NCBI GenBank assembly: GCA_002633005.1
Contig: NMRA01000381.1
Location: 245,057-309,056, forward strand
From: Phoronis australis
Taxonomy: Eukaryota > Animalia > Phoronida
Reading direction: 5' to 3'
DNA: 64,000 nucleotides
Shown one piece after another: positions 53,201-63,426 of this stretch (positions are counted from its first letter, which is position 1; each line of letters begins with the position of its first letter). The position numbers were made by a program, and so were the translations under genes. The notes under the pieces were generated by a model. The model worked only from the letters and a program-made list of their open reading frames with translations. It ran no database searches and was not told the DNA's origin.

Positions 53201-56200
53201 TTTGGACATGCAAATGAAGTCGTGATGTCATCTCAGCTGTGTACTGTTTTTCATACTTAGCACATTTGTGCTTTAAATGACTTGTACAAGCAAACTTAAA
53301 TTGTTTTTAATTCCTTCAGTTTCTTCAGTTTGTTGTTTCACTAAGGGCTCTTCCAGCAAAATATGTATGGGAGGAAGATGGCAGTTGACATAAAATTTAT
53401 GGGTGGTTGTCTGCTGAAGGAAATTTAAATTATATGTGGTTCTTCTTGAAAGAAGTAAATTGCTAAAAGTGGGTGGTGTTTTTTCTTCTGTAAATGTTGA
53501 CAGGAGGGTATTTTCAGCCAAACACCGACCTCAACACCCTCTGACAAAACTTCGAAACTCACTAAAAATTCACTTGGCAGATACCCAGAACTATCCAAAA
53601 GCAACACGATAAGCCCAATGTGCAATATATACACTATGCCATTACTCAAGTCATAGGCAACGGGATTACAAGCACATGTTGTACAGCCATATTAGAATGA
53701 AAATTACAGCAACACTAAACAGGTGTTAACAGATTTAAGAAAATAGATGATTTTTGCAAAAAGTATGAGGAGTCAGATAGACAAGTTCCAATAATCACTT
53801 GGTGTAGTAGCCTAAAAGCATTCATGGAAACGCTTTGAAATTCGTAGATTCATGAAATTGAAAAAATCTTATGAAATTACAGACACCTGGTGGACAGACA
53901 CATTTGGTGGCTACCACAGGTGTCCTTGAAAAGCAAGTTTCTGGTGACTGAACATGAGTTGTGATCTCAAATGGAATTTTCTGCACCCACAAAAACTTTT
54001 GTGGTTCGTGTGTCCAGCAGTCCGTCCGTCTGTATTTATCATTTCTTGTCCGTCAATTATATCAAGAACGAGATCCGCTTGGCGGATCATGATGAAATTT
54101 GATATAAAGGTACTTGGCGGGGATGCGCCAGCACCAGTCAATTTTTGGACAGATGTTGCTACCGTGGTACCTCATGATGGCCATTTTAGTTTTTGACAAG
54201 CCATTCCTTGTTTGTGGATTATCTCAATAACTGCTTGATGGATCACGCTGAAATTTGATACAGAGGTATATGGCGAGAAAGCGCCGGCACCAGTCGATTT
54301 TTGGATCAATTAAACTCTTGTGGCACCCTCTGTTAGTTTTCAGTTGCTCAAGTCATTAGTTTTCTGTTGATTATCTTGAAACCGCTTAATGGATCATGGT
54401 GATATTTGGCACAGAGATAAATGGCAGGGATGTGCTGGCAACTGTCGATTTTGGACGGATTTGGCTACCGTAGCACCCCCCTGTTGGCCATTTTAGTTTT
54501 TGACAAGACTGGTTGATTGTCTCAGGAAGCGCTTTACACAACTGGATGAAATTTGACACAAAGGGAGGGATATGGATGGGCTGACAACAGTCAATTTTCG
54601 TTTTGATACCTCCACCCTCTTGGCTGCTTTAGTTTTCAACAACATTCAACAAGACAGCTAGTTGTTGTCTGTCGATCATCTAAGTAATTAACAGATTAAG
54701 ATGTGTGTCCCAGAAGCAATTTGTTTACAAGTGTTGCTCCCTCTTTCAGCAATCTTGAAATAATGAGCATTAACCCCTAGCATCTGCCGTATGCAATGCA
54801 CACTAAGAGCGCATACCAACATTCTCGTTCAGATCACTATTCACTGGATAGCATGTGTGAATTTTTATTCCTTGCTTGGGAACGAACTGACGTGTCTGCT
54901 GGACCATTGTCGGCTCACGAAACAATGATAACCGAAAATATCTAAACAGGATAAAACGTAACATGTACATTACCATGTATAATTCAAGCACAACTTAAAA
55001 ATAAGGGTAGTTGCATTTTATATTTCAACCTAATTAAGAATTATGGGTGGTGGGTAAAAAATGAAAGTGCCTTCCCCATAAGTTTTTGACTGTAACAGCT
55101 CTAATGTAACGTCTGTGTTTCTTAGGTGCAATGAGTTTCGGTAGTATTTCTATCGAAGCCCACACAAGTCTGGCTAAGGCCATGAACCGTATTGGAGGCA
55201 AGTCTAACACAGGTGAAGGAGGTGAAAAGCCTGATCGGTACCTGTCAACAGATGACCCCCTGAATAACGTCAGATCAGCTATTAAACAGGTGGGATTTCT
55301 GTCATTAATTGTTCTGGTAATGTGACTTTTTTATTTTACCTCCTAAGGAGTGTAATGTTTACTGAACCACTGGCTATCTATTATTGAATGGTTTCTTTTA
55401 TATTGTTTATTGTTTTGAAACTGGCGTGTGTCCANCTAATACACCATGTCAGGCGATTAACAATCACTAATACACCATGTCAGGCGATTAACAATCACTA
55501 ATACACCATGTCAGGTGTTTAACAATCACTAATAACCATGTCAGGTGTTTAACAATCACTAATACACCATGTCAGGTGTTCAACAATCACTAATACACCA
55601 TGTTAGTGTTTAACAATCACTAATATCAGGGATATACCTAGACCAAAAACCCCGCTCGCCAGCTGGGCGACTGAGCCCGTTTCGCATCGAGTTCTTTTGA
55701 AACATGATTTTGTTGTTGCATGGAAGGAAAGTATGTAACTTACTACTATATAGATGGCGTAAGTGCCAATTTCAAACCATGCGGTCATTTTTTAATGATG
55801 GGACGCTTACAGAATACAATGTCCCCAGCCACGACTGCAAATATAACCACGTACACTGTGACTCGAAATTGATCCAGTTTCTGCATTTGAAAATCAATTC
55901 GGTAAAGTAAATTACTGATGTGTGCTAGGCTGAGCAGTGGGTGCTTTGTTGAAAATTCTTAAAAGTTGAGGGTGGGCGCACTTATCCAAGCACTACATGC
56001 ATGGTTATTGGGAAGTTTTCATTTTCGTATTTGCTGTCTTTTGCAATAAAAACGGAGATGCTCATTGAAACGGGCTGTTACTTGTCAACATTTCCAAGTC
56101 ATGATCATCTGCTGGGACGTCGCGTCCAAACACTAGTAACAACCAGGTGTTTTAATCCTGAACTTAGGGTTAATTTTGGTCGGCATCTCAGTGCTCCAGC

Positions 56201-59200
56201 AGTAAAGAAACATGGATGCAGTGCACTTGAATTGAGCTAGTAGATGTTAAATTTAATTCATGTAATTAGTCTAGACAAAAAATCACAGTGTTGAAAGGAA
56301 CAATCAATAGTGATCACAGATGAACTAAGTATCAAATTCATGATAAAACTTTACAAAACAGCTGTGTTTCTAAAAATGTTTAACTGATCAACTTACCAAA
56401 CTCTGTGTTGGAAAAACATATTTATTTTTCATGTAAGATATCCGTGACAAAACACCACACGGAAGAGAAAATTTATATATTGGACTCTACGAAAGTCTGG
56501 GGAACGACAAAGTGAAGCTGTGCTCTTAAAATTTGCTCGCCACCTGGACGACATGCCAGTGATCTTCAACTCACCCAGCTCCCTTTTTAGTCACATTGGC
56601 GCTTGGGCGAGGGCTAAGTACATCCCTGAATATGCCATGACGGGGGTTTAACAATCACTAATACACCATGTCAGCTATTTAACAATCAGTAATACATCAT
56701 GTCAGGTGTTTAGCAATCAGTAATACTCCATGCCAGGTGTTTAACAGTTACTAATACACCATGTCAGCTGTTTAACAATCAGTAATACATCATGTCAGGT
56801 GTTTAACAATCATTAATACACCATGTCAGGTGTTTAACAATCTCTGATACACCTTGTCAATTGTTTAACAATCACTAATACAACATGTCAGGTGTTTAAC
56901 AATCACTAATGAATACACCTGGTCAATTGTTTAACTATCAGTAATACACCATGTCAGGTGTTTAAAAATCACTAATACATCTTGTCAATTGTTTAACAAT
57001 CAGTAATACACCATGTCAGGCGATTAACAATCTCTAATACACCATGTCAGGTGTTTAACAATCACTAATACACCATGTCAGGTGTTTAACAATCTCTAAT
57101 ACACCATGTCAGGCGATAACAATCACTAATACACCATGTCAGGTGTTTAACAATCTGTAATACACCATGTCAGGTGTTTAACAATCTCTAATACACCATG
57201 TCAGGTGTTTAACAATCGATAATACACCATGTCAGGTGATAAACAATCACTAATACAACCATGTCAGGTGCTTAACAGTCATGCCTCGCAAGTAATACAA
57301 CAGTGGTCACAGTTTCACTTTTTCATTTACTCAACTTAACACGTTGTAGAAGTACGAACTTGGCACTATACTGTAATTATATCTTATGAGGTTATATTGG
57401 TCTTCATCAACCCCTAATCCTACCGTTTAACATATAACCTGGGTTAAATTTAATGGCATTGCTCTGACACTCGTCACTGACTTTGGTTGTTGGGTGCTTT
57501 CCTCATGTCATGCGGACATGCACATAATACTAGTTTCTTTCCAGAGAACAGTACTGTTTGACCGTCACAAGGTGTGCTTGTCTGGTGCTGCTGTCCCAGC
57601 CAATCAACGTGATGGCGCCTACTTTGGATACATTTTATAAGTAATCATGGCCTCTATAGCCTTTGTGGTATTTGTTCCTTATTAAAGTTGCGATAAACAC
57701 ATCTTCCGTCAAAGACACAGACTTCTCATTGAGACCAGATGCCACTACAAAACTGTTGTTAACAACCTCCTTACTAGGATTAGATAGGATTTGTGGGCAT
57801 AGGATAAACTGACACTGTGTTAATGCTTGGAACCATGCTTATGACACATCCTGACATTCAACTTGCTGAGCATGGTTTCAAGCACTGTCAGTTCTTAAGC
57901 CAAAAATTCACACTAATCTGAGTTAACACTTGTTAGTGGGATGTTTTTGACGGAAGATGGGTTTATAGTTACTTTAAGACATTTACTTCTTAAAAAACAC
58001 TTAAAAGTTTTATACGGTTGACTAAATATTGCAGCCGTTTGCTAATTATGGTATAGTTGTGTTCTAGCCGGCTTATACACTAATTTATTGGTTACACTTG
58101 GAAGGAGGTTATGTTTTGGTCTTAGTGAGTAAGTGCATTGTACAGGTCAAGTCAAACAACTGCTATACTTGTCATGTTTAACCTGGGTGGGTGTTAAGCA
58201 TTGTAAGAGTGCATAAAGTTAAATGTTGAGAACTAGAAGTTGGGGTGGCCGTTGACCTGAATGGTTGATTTGCTCATTCAAATGACTTCACCATTCTTGC
58301 ACATGAGCAAAATAGTTTAGAATAGGCGTGATCCAAAACAAACATTTCACATAGTGGGTACTGTTCTGCCTAAATGGGGCAAGGTGCTACTCAAACTGAC
58401 TGTTCATTACCCAAAGGTTAAGTGAGTTAGATTCATTTTGGGGTTAAAGTTCTTGGGAGACGGTGATTCACAAAGGAACTGGCATTTTTAATTCGTAGTT
58501 GGCAGTAAGCTGATCCTGGACATTTAAATGTGAAAATTTGGAGATTTCGTGGGGGGAAGCAGGCGGTAAGCTGAACATTGGCGTTAACCCAAATGTGAGT
58601 AAATTTTCACAAAATTCCAAGTATTTGGAATGTGCCATGGTCCATCATTTGGGCCTTTGAGGAATGATCACTAGGGCCATTGAATAACAAGTTGGACAAA
58701 CCATTTTGTTACTTGCAAAGAATAATTTCATGACCCATGATAACGCCCATTCATGTCAAAGATTGACATTTTACCTGGTGGCTAGGTCGGCTTTATATTC
58801 AATGACCTGAAACAGTTTGTCATGATGGTTTGGACTCCTTCTGTTTTCATCTTGATTTGTATGAAGAAATTTTTGCTGTTCTTTTGAAACTAGTTTGGGC
58901 TAAAAGATGTACTTCAGATACATTTTACACTGGGATATAGACCCTACCAAATGTTCACATTTGCTTGTTCATTACTCATCCCAAAATGAACTTATTAGAA
59001 ATGAATTTAGAATTAAGAGAATTTTGCCTGTGAACGATCGTCTGCTTCCAGTTGATTGTTTATCCGTGTTAAAAAGTCTTCGTACAATTGATGTTGAGTA
59101 TTGCTCAACTTGGCGAGATGGTCAGCAAGGTGTAGTTTTTCCTTCCGTCTGCTGCTCTGAAATGGCTAGTGTGTTACTGCATTTCAGGTATCTTGTGTAT

Positions 59201-62200
59201 AAGGCAATTAGACTGCAAGTAACATAACCAAATGACAAATTCAATCCACTCCTACTGCTGAGAGGGTAACCAGCAAGTGTTATTTAAAATCATTTTTTGG
59301 AAATGTTTACTCATGTTTTCTGTAAACCATGTTGTGTCCAAAGCAACTTTCTAGTTCCTAGGCATATTTACATTTTCCAATATAAAATTATAGCCTCTTT
59401 GTCATATGTCAGAGTGAAATTGGTTACATTACTTAAGCCCAGACAAATGGTGTCAGTGTCTCGAACTTTCGGGTCTGCGCTAAAACTGTCCCATCATGAG
59501 CTGAAGGTTGTTGTGCCTGGTTTGATGCAATAATGAACAACGTTTTTGCTCGAGCTCAAGACGTCATTTCTAAACTGAGTAAAGAATAAGATGAGACCAT
59601 CTTTGTAATGAGTCGCCGAAGTCTAAAGTTGGGTTTTGACAGAAAGCTTGGATTTAATGCCGCTTTACTAGATTTTTTAATTAATCGCTTCTTAAATGTT
59701 TCTTAGGGAATGATCAGCACCAGTTGATTGTTCTGCTGTTGTACACAACTACTGCTCCTTCTTTTGGCAGTTTCACTTTGAACTTTGGTAAGCCTTGTTG
59801 ACAGTTGTCTGTGGAGATTCCTTTCTCTCCCCTGCAAAAATTTTAGATTCTTCATTGCTAACAAAAGTTTCTTGGGAGCTTTCTCTCATTTTGGAACTTT
59901 GGAAGGAAATATATTATGTGGTCTGCCTATGACAGCAGAGATACGATTCCTAATGGCACAAGCTTCCACTGGTTGCTACAGAGTTTTGCTTATCACTACT
60001 GAAGGTGATGCAGAAATGTGGGCACATGTCCCTGCTTTAGGTTTCTCCTGTTGTCACGTACTTTTGGTCTAGTTGTTTCATAGGGATATGGCTACATTCT
60101 GTAGTCCATAAACTTAAATAGTCAATTTTGCATCTTCTTTGGCAACCTAATGACTAACTCTACTTGCGTGTGTGGTGTATTTTAATGAACCTGTCACTCA
60201 AATTTCTGGAGTTACAAAGTATGCAAGTTGTCTTAACAGGGCTCCAATTTTAAATGTTCAAACTTTTCAATAAAATAGCAGAAACTAGACGCATATAAGT
60301 TTGTCAGACAAAAACTTGAAAACTACATGAGAAAAAAGTAACAATGCAACATGAGAACATTCTCATGTTTCATGACCAGTGCATTATGAGACCATTCTGG
60401 GTATGTGTTGTGACCTGTTGATTGATTACTGTTGTCATCAATTTGTAATGTCGTATTCATCTGTAATTGTTACCTGACCATCATAAATAAAAGTAGTTCT
60501 TGTATTGTATTGTACTCTACTTTGTTTCATTTCACTGTGATAATCTTGTCCACCTTATTCTATGAGTGTGACGTGGCCATTTGTTGAAATTTCATAATTT
60601 ATTAAACTTTCGTGTTTTTTAAAGCGTCCTGTTTGCAGATCTTAAGAGAACAGGATTCTATATTGGCAAAACGCTTCAAACTACGCTGTCGATTTGTGAA
60701 ATTTGTAATGAAATTTACTTTGGCGGGAAGTCACAGCTATAGTTTGTTTACACAAATATAAACTAATATTAAATTGCTATCTTTTAACAGGTTGCTAGTG
60801 GTCGATTTGGCGTTACCAGCGCGTATTTGGCCAATGCTGATGAACTTCAGATCAAAATGGCGCAGGGTGCAAAGCCTGGGGAGGGCGGAGAGTTGCCTGG
60901 CTACAAAGTGACTAAAGAGATTGCTAAGACTCGCAACTCTATCCCAGGCGTGGGTCTTATCAGCCCACCTCCGCACCATGATATCTACTCCATAGAAGAT
61001 TTGGCCCAACTCATCTATGACTTGAAGTGTGCAAACCCTTGTGCTCGAATCAGTGTCAAGCTTGTCTCAGAGGTTGGTGTAGGTGTTGTTGCTGCAGGAG
61101 TGGCCAAGGTAAGTGTACTTCAGTAATCTCCAACTGCCATGGATCATGCCTAGGAAAGTGTTAATTGGTCTTTTTTGCGCTCATTTACATAGCCCTTTTG
61201 TGTTACGCTGTTTAAATGAAGTAACACACGCACATATAGAGTCCGAAAGTGTTTGTAGTATCACTTTAAGGCATTTTAGCCAACCTTAAATGTCTTGTCA
61301 GGTGGTATTGAGTTTATTGTTTATTGACAACTGTTATAATATGTGATTATAGGGTAAAGCAGAACACATCACCATCTCAGGCCATGATGGAGGTACTGGT
61401 GCCAGTAGCTGGACAGGGATTAAGAATGCTGGTCTACCATGGGAGCTGGGCGTCTCAGAGACTCATCAGACTCTGGTTATGAATGACCTCCGCTCAAGGG
61501 TCGTACTACAAGCTGATGGACAAATCAGAACTGGTATTACTTTTCTGCGTGCTCTACTTATTACAAATTTAAAGCTTAATTTTGTTAGATTGTCCCTTAT
61601 TTTTAGATTACTTATATCTTATACTTTTCTACCATTTTCAAAGTGTTGAGTTACAATGACTTTTTCCCAAAATTCAAATCAATCTGTTGAAAAATGTCAG
61701 TGATTAATTTTTGTTTTGAAATAAGTATTAGCTCCCGGTGCCACCACAGAAGCAGCTGTGCAGTTCATTTTGTTATACACTTCAGTTTATAACAAACATA
61801 AATTTTATAAAAGTCTTTTGGGAATTTTGCTGTTACTGTGTTGTTGAGATACATTAACTGTTCCTCATCCACCTGTAGGTAAAGACGTCTGTGTGGCAGC
61901 CATGCTTGGGGCTGATGAATTTGGATTCTCTACAGCACCTCTCATAGTGCTTGGTTGTACCATGATGAGAAAGTGTCATTTGAACACTTGTCCTGTTGGT
62001 GTCGCTACTCAGGTGAGCTACCAGCTGCTACCTCTACGTGTCTCTTCATTTCAGGTTGTGGACGATTAGTTTATGGTAACATTTAGTGTTATGTAATTCA
62101 TTACTGTGAGTAAAGATTGATGAGCTTGTGTACCTCCAATTATTTTGTTGTTGAATTAAATTGGCCTTGCCTTGTGTTGAATACTTTAAGGCGTCCTTAG

Positions 62201-63426
62201 TGTTACAGCTGGGAGTGTTGTTGGATGCAATAGACTTCTTGAATTTTTTAGCTTTTACCAGAGTTACAAAACAACAAAATACGTTTTTGTGATTTATTGC
62301 AAAACATCAGTTCTGCAAACTTCAATTTCAAGGAATAAAGTTTGCGGTTGTGAAATAACCGGTTGAAGCACTCAATGAACTCCAGTAGATCTCTGTTTAA
62401 TTAGGAACACTAACTTGGCATATTATCAGAACCAAAAAAACTTTCCAACAGAACATGAACCAAAACCGTTCTTTAAAGACAGCTCTGTATAAGGGTTTGA
62501 ATACCCATTGCCTGCATTGCTAATTTTCCCATCTTCGCTAATTGCTGCAGCAAACTAAGGAGTTGGAGAACTTTGTAACATTGGTTTGGACAGGTTTTGA
62601 ATGTGCTTCAAGTCCTTGAAATTAATATTTTGCACAACATGAGAATTTTAGTGCAACTGGCGCTGTGACTTGCTTTGTATTCGTGCCCGACACATCTTGC
62701 TTTGTATTCATACCCGACACATCTTGCTTTGTATTCATACCTGACTCATCTTGCTTTGTATTCATACCTGACTCATCTTCTGTTGACAGGATCCAATTCT
62801 GAGGAAAAAATTTGCCGGTCAACCCGAACATGTCGTTAACTTCATGTTCATGCTTGCTGAAGAGGTACGTTGGTTCATTTATTGTAATTGTAAGTGAATG
62901 AATATAACATAAAATTTTCAACAGTTGCAATTAAGTGAAGCTGAAATGGCAAACTTCAGCTCTACTAAATTAAGTTGGCAGTGATAAATCTTCCCAACTG
63001 ATCCAATCAGTGAACTATGTTCAGTCCATGGTGTTGTTATGTGTCATTAGCAATGCTATGTTGACGTATTTAAAGTCAAAGCAAAGTCCTCTACATCAAT
63101 GGTTTTCAAAGATGGCATTGCATTGGGCTTACATTAAAATGTATTAAACGTCACCCAGTTTTGTTTTTAAAATGAAAATTATTAATGGTAACTGCTTATA
63201 TAAAATTTACTTTTAGGTGCGTTCTTACTTGGCAAAGATGGGTATGCGCAAGTTTCAGGAGTTAATTGGCAGGACTGACTTACTTTGCGCCAGTCCTGAT
63301 GAAGAGAATGTCAAGGCAGCATTGCTGGATTTTGACAAGATTTTGAAGAATGCTCTTGACATTAGACCTGGTGTGAATGTTGTTGGAGGATCTGTGGCGC
63401 AAGACTTTGGACTGGAGAAACGAGCT
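26082..63426 (+). CDS. GLT1: Glutamate synthase (GOGAT; probably the eukaryotic NADH-type single polypeptide), first 25 coding exons, 3'-truncated by the window
   Basis: Motifs in order: [207 protein letters not shown]. All introns GT-AG with matching phases. The NADH module would lie beyond the window, so cofactor type is inferred. Confidence 0.97.
27632..27762 (+). CDS. GLT1: GOGAT exon 2
   Basis: [36 protein letters not shown]. Confidence 0.95.
29023..29149 (+). CDS. GLT1: GOGAT exon 3
   Basis: [21 protein letters not shown]...ENNLQ. Confidence 0.93.
29485..29565 (+). CDS. GLT1: GOGAT exon 4
   Basis: [27 protein letters not shown]. Confidence 0.93.
30043..30087 (+). CDS. GLT1: GOGAT exon 5 (45 nt)
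   Basis: cttgcag|[15 protein letters not shown]|gtaatt. Confidence 0.88.
30964..31050 (+). repeat. 44 bp tandem duplication
   Basis: tagttctgttYcacaatcagccgtRttccaaatatggtcacag twice. Confidence 0.85.
31916..33337. mobile_element. Tc1/mariner (Tc2/pogo-like) non-autonomous element, 1422 bp
   Basis: TA|CCGTATTTGCCATAACAACTGCCCA ... TGGGTGGTTATTACGGCGAATACGG|TA; CpG-rich compared with the host intron; second copy at 52067. Confidence 0.9.
36703..36716 (+). promoter_or_regulatory. CTCF-like motif
   Basis: CCACTAGAGGGCGC matches the bilaterian CTCF core consensus; binding untested. Confidence 0.4.
36834..37028 (+). repeat. 59 bp minisatellite (~3.3 copies)
   Basis: cagctcaatggtgtgatcaaagactggtctctgttggtgttgtcccgttgttgttact repeated. 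Confidence 0.92.
38754..38918 (+). repeat. ~41 bp degenerate tandem repeat with five TGATTGG (reverse CCAATCA) motifs
   Basis: cctgtgattggttcRtctgaccaacactcctgc units ending ~35 bp before the exon 6 acceptor. Confidence 0.85.
38955..39050 (+). CDS. GLT1: GOGAT exon 6
   Basis: [32 protein letters not shown]. Confidence 0.94.
40233..40369 (+). CDS. GLT1: GOGAT exon 7
   Basis: [12 protein letters not shown]...[22 protein letters not shown](R). Confidence 0.96.
40525..40729 (+). CDS. GLT1: GOGAT exon 8
   Basis: [18 protein letters not shown]...[13 protein letters not shown]. Confidence 0.96.
42036..42147 (+). CDS. GLT1: GOGAT exon 9
   Basis: [13 protein letters not shown]...[15 protein letters not shown]. 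Confidence 0.96.
42785..42939 (+). CDS. GLT1: GOGAT exon 10
   Basis: [25 protein letters not shown]...MASEVGV. Confidence 0.96.
43107..43157 (+). repeat. 28 bp tandem duplication
   Basis: gatgtcgtccgctataaacaaaa twice. Confidence 0.85.
43372..43494 (+). CDS. GLT1: GOGAT exon 11
   Basis: [25 protein letters not shown]. Confidence 0.95.
43699..43748 (+). repeat. 24 bp tandem duplication just upstream of the exon 12 acceptor
   Basis: gtggtgtaccttagtattgtagta twice. Confidence 0.85.
43781..43980 (+). CDS. GLT1: GOGAT exon 12
   Basis: AFTMADLY...[22 protein letters not shown]. Confidence 0.93.
44273..44376 (+). repeat. 53 bp tandem duplication
   Basis: tgttacgtgaaccaRtctttggtagattagtattaaatcaagg twice. 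Confidence 0.85.
45003..45153 (+). CDS. GLT1: GOGAT exon 13
   Basis: [17 protein letters not shown]...[24 protein letters not shown]. Confidence 0.96.
45659..45740 (+). repeat. 41 bp tandem duplication spanning the exon 14 acceptor
   Basis: gttcattatttgcagccatttgtctgtAG|acatgtcccatt followed by gttcattattagcacccatttttgtgcAG|gcatgtcccatt. Confidence 0.85.
45729..45863 (+). CDS. GLT1: GOGAT exon 14
   Basis: [28 protein letters not shown]. Confidence 0.95.
46397..46557 (+). CDS. GLT1: GOGAT exon 15
   Basis: TKQIDTVFP...[10 protein letters not shown]. Confidence 0.95.
47867..48173 (+). CDS. GLT1: GOGAT exon 16
   Basis: [10 protein letters not shown]...[10 protein letters not shown]...[10 protein letters not shown]...[15 protein letters not shown]. 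Confidence 0.96.
48458..48568 (+). CDS. GLT1: GOGAT exon 17
   Basis: [28 protein letters not shown]. Confidence 0.96.
48839..48973 (+). CDS. GLT1: GOGAT exon 18 (copy A)
   Basis: SLARHNFAY...[24 protein letters not shown]. Confidence 0.9.
49335..49469 (+). CDS. GLT1: GOGAT exon 18 (copy B, probably the other haplotype)
   Basis: Same peptide as 48839-48973; lies in the block repeated after N at 49017. Confidence 0.7.
49848..50019 (+). CDS. GLT1: GOGAT exon 19 (copy A)
   Basis: [14 protein letters not shown]...CTLRGQLDF...[14 protein letters not shown](G). Confidence 0.9.
51030..51740 (+). mobile_element. Helentron-associated (HINE / pearl-like) non-autonomous element with internal tandem units; second copy ~53975-54680
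   Basis: 5' gtccgtccgtctgt microsatellite-like tract then about four ~150 bp units (ggatcatgNtgaaatttgRcacagagg...gtcRattttgga...ggccattttagttttt). Confidence 0.65.
52067..52619 (-). mobile_element. Inverted second copy of the 31916-33337 element, cut by the N gap
   Basis: gggTA|CCGTATTCGCCGTAATAACCGCCCAGGG; reverse complement of ~32790-33337. Confidence 0.9.
52791..52962 (+). CDS. GLT1: GOGAT exon 19 (copy B, probably the other haplotype)
   Basis: Near-identical to 49848-50019 (one Ala>Gly change, two synonymous changes seen); block starts right after N at 52620. Confidence 0.7.
55126..55289 (+). CDS. GLT1: GOGAT exon 20
   Basis: [12 protein letters not shown]...[11 protein letters not shown]...RSAIKQ. 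Confidence 0.96.
55436..57280 (+). repeat. 31 bp minisatellite array interrupted by a 1 kb transposon
   Basis: Unit ctaatacaccatgtcaggtgtttaacaatca; about 6 copies before 55626 and about 21 after 56629; N at 55435. Confidence 0.95.
55627..56628. mobile_element. Non-autonomous TIR transposon with 5 bp TSD (hAT5-like?)
   Basis: AATAT|CAGGGATATACCTAGACC ... GGGCTAAGTACATCCCTG|AATAT (15/18 TIR match). Confidence 0.85.
57686..57973. mobile_element. TTAA-flanked fold-back MITE (Kolobok-like)
   Basis: TTAA|AGTTGCGATAAACACATCTTCCGTCAAAGACA ... TGTTTTTGACGGAAGATGGGTTTATAGTTACT|TTAA; inner arms tgcttggaaccatgctta / tgagcatggtttcaagca. Confidence 0.8.
60791..61108 (+). CDS. GLT1: GOGAT exon 21 (FMN domain)
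   Basis: [10 protein letters not shown]...[17 protein letters not shown]...[16 protein letters not shown]. Confidence 0.97.
61353..61533 (+). CDS. GLT1: GOGAT exon 22
   Basis: [33 protein letters not shown]...DGQIRT. Confidence 0.97.
61879..62012 (+). CDS. GLT1: GOGAT exon 23 ([3Fe-4S] ligands)
   Basis: [34 protein letters not shown]. Confidence 0.97.
62670..62779 (+). repeat. 27 bp tandem repeat (4 copies) running into the exon 24 polypyrimidine tract
   Basis: ttgctttgtattcataccYgacWcatc x4, then ttctgttgacag|. Confidence 0.92.
62790..62864 (+). CDS. GLT1: GOGAT exon 24
   Basis: [25 protein letters not shown]. Confidence 0.96.
63217..63426 (+). CDS. GLT1: GOGAT exon 25 (gene continues beyond the window)
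   Basis: [23 protein letters not shown]...QDFGLEKRA|gtaagt. Confidence 0.94.

Larger units (their letters stand above)
49677..55009 (+). other. Direct duplication (49677-52066 / 52621-55009) across a single N, probable haplotype overlap
   Basis: Colinear ~2.4 kb copies with scattered SNPs; N at 52620; copy A runs into a MITE absent from copy B. Confidence 0.88.

Noticed and set aside
55436-57280. 31 bp repeat array as a CRISPR array
   Set aside because: Units are head-to-tail with no unique spacers, there are no cas genes, and it lies in a eukaryotic intron.
3180-60072. Remaining 60-135 aa ORFs in the six-frame track
   Set aside because: Intronic, antisense to exons or inside TEs, with no recognisable domains; consistent with chance ORFs.
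26082-63426. Bacterial gltB contamination or recent horizontal transfer
   Set aside because: 24 spliceosomal introns with animal-type TEs and contiguity with FIG4.
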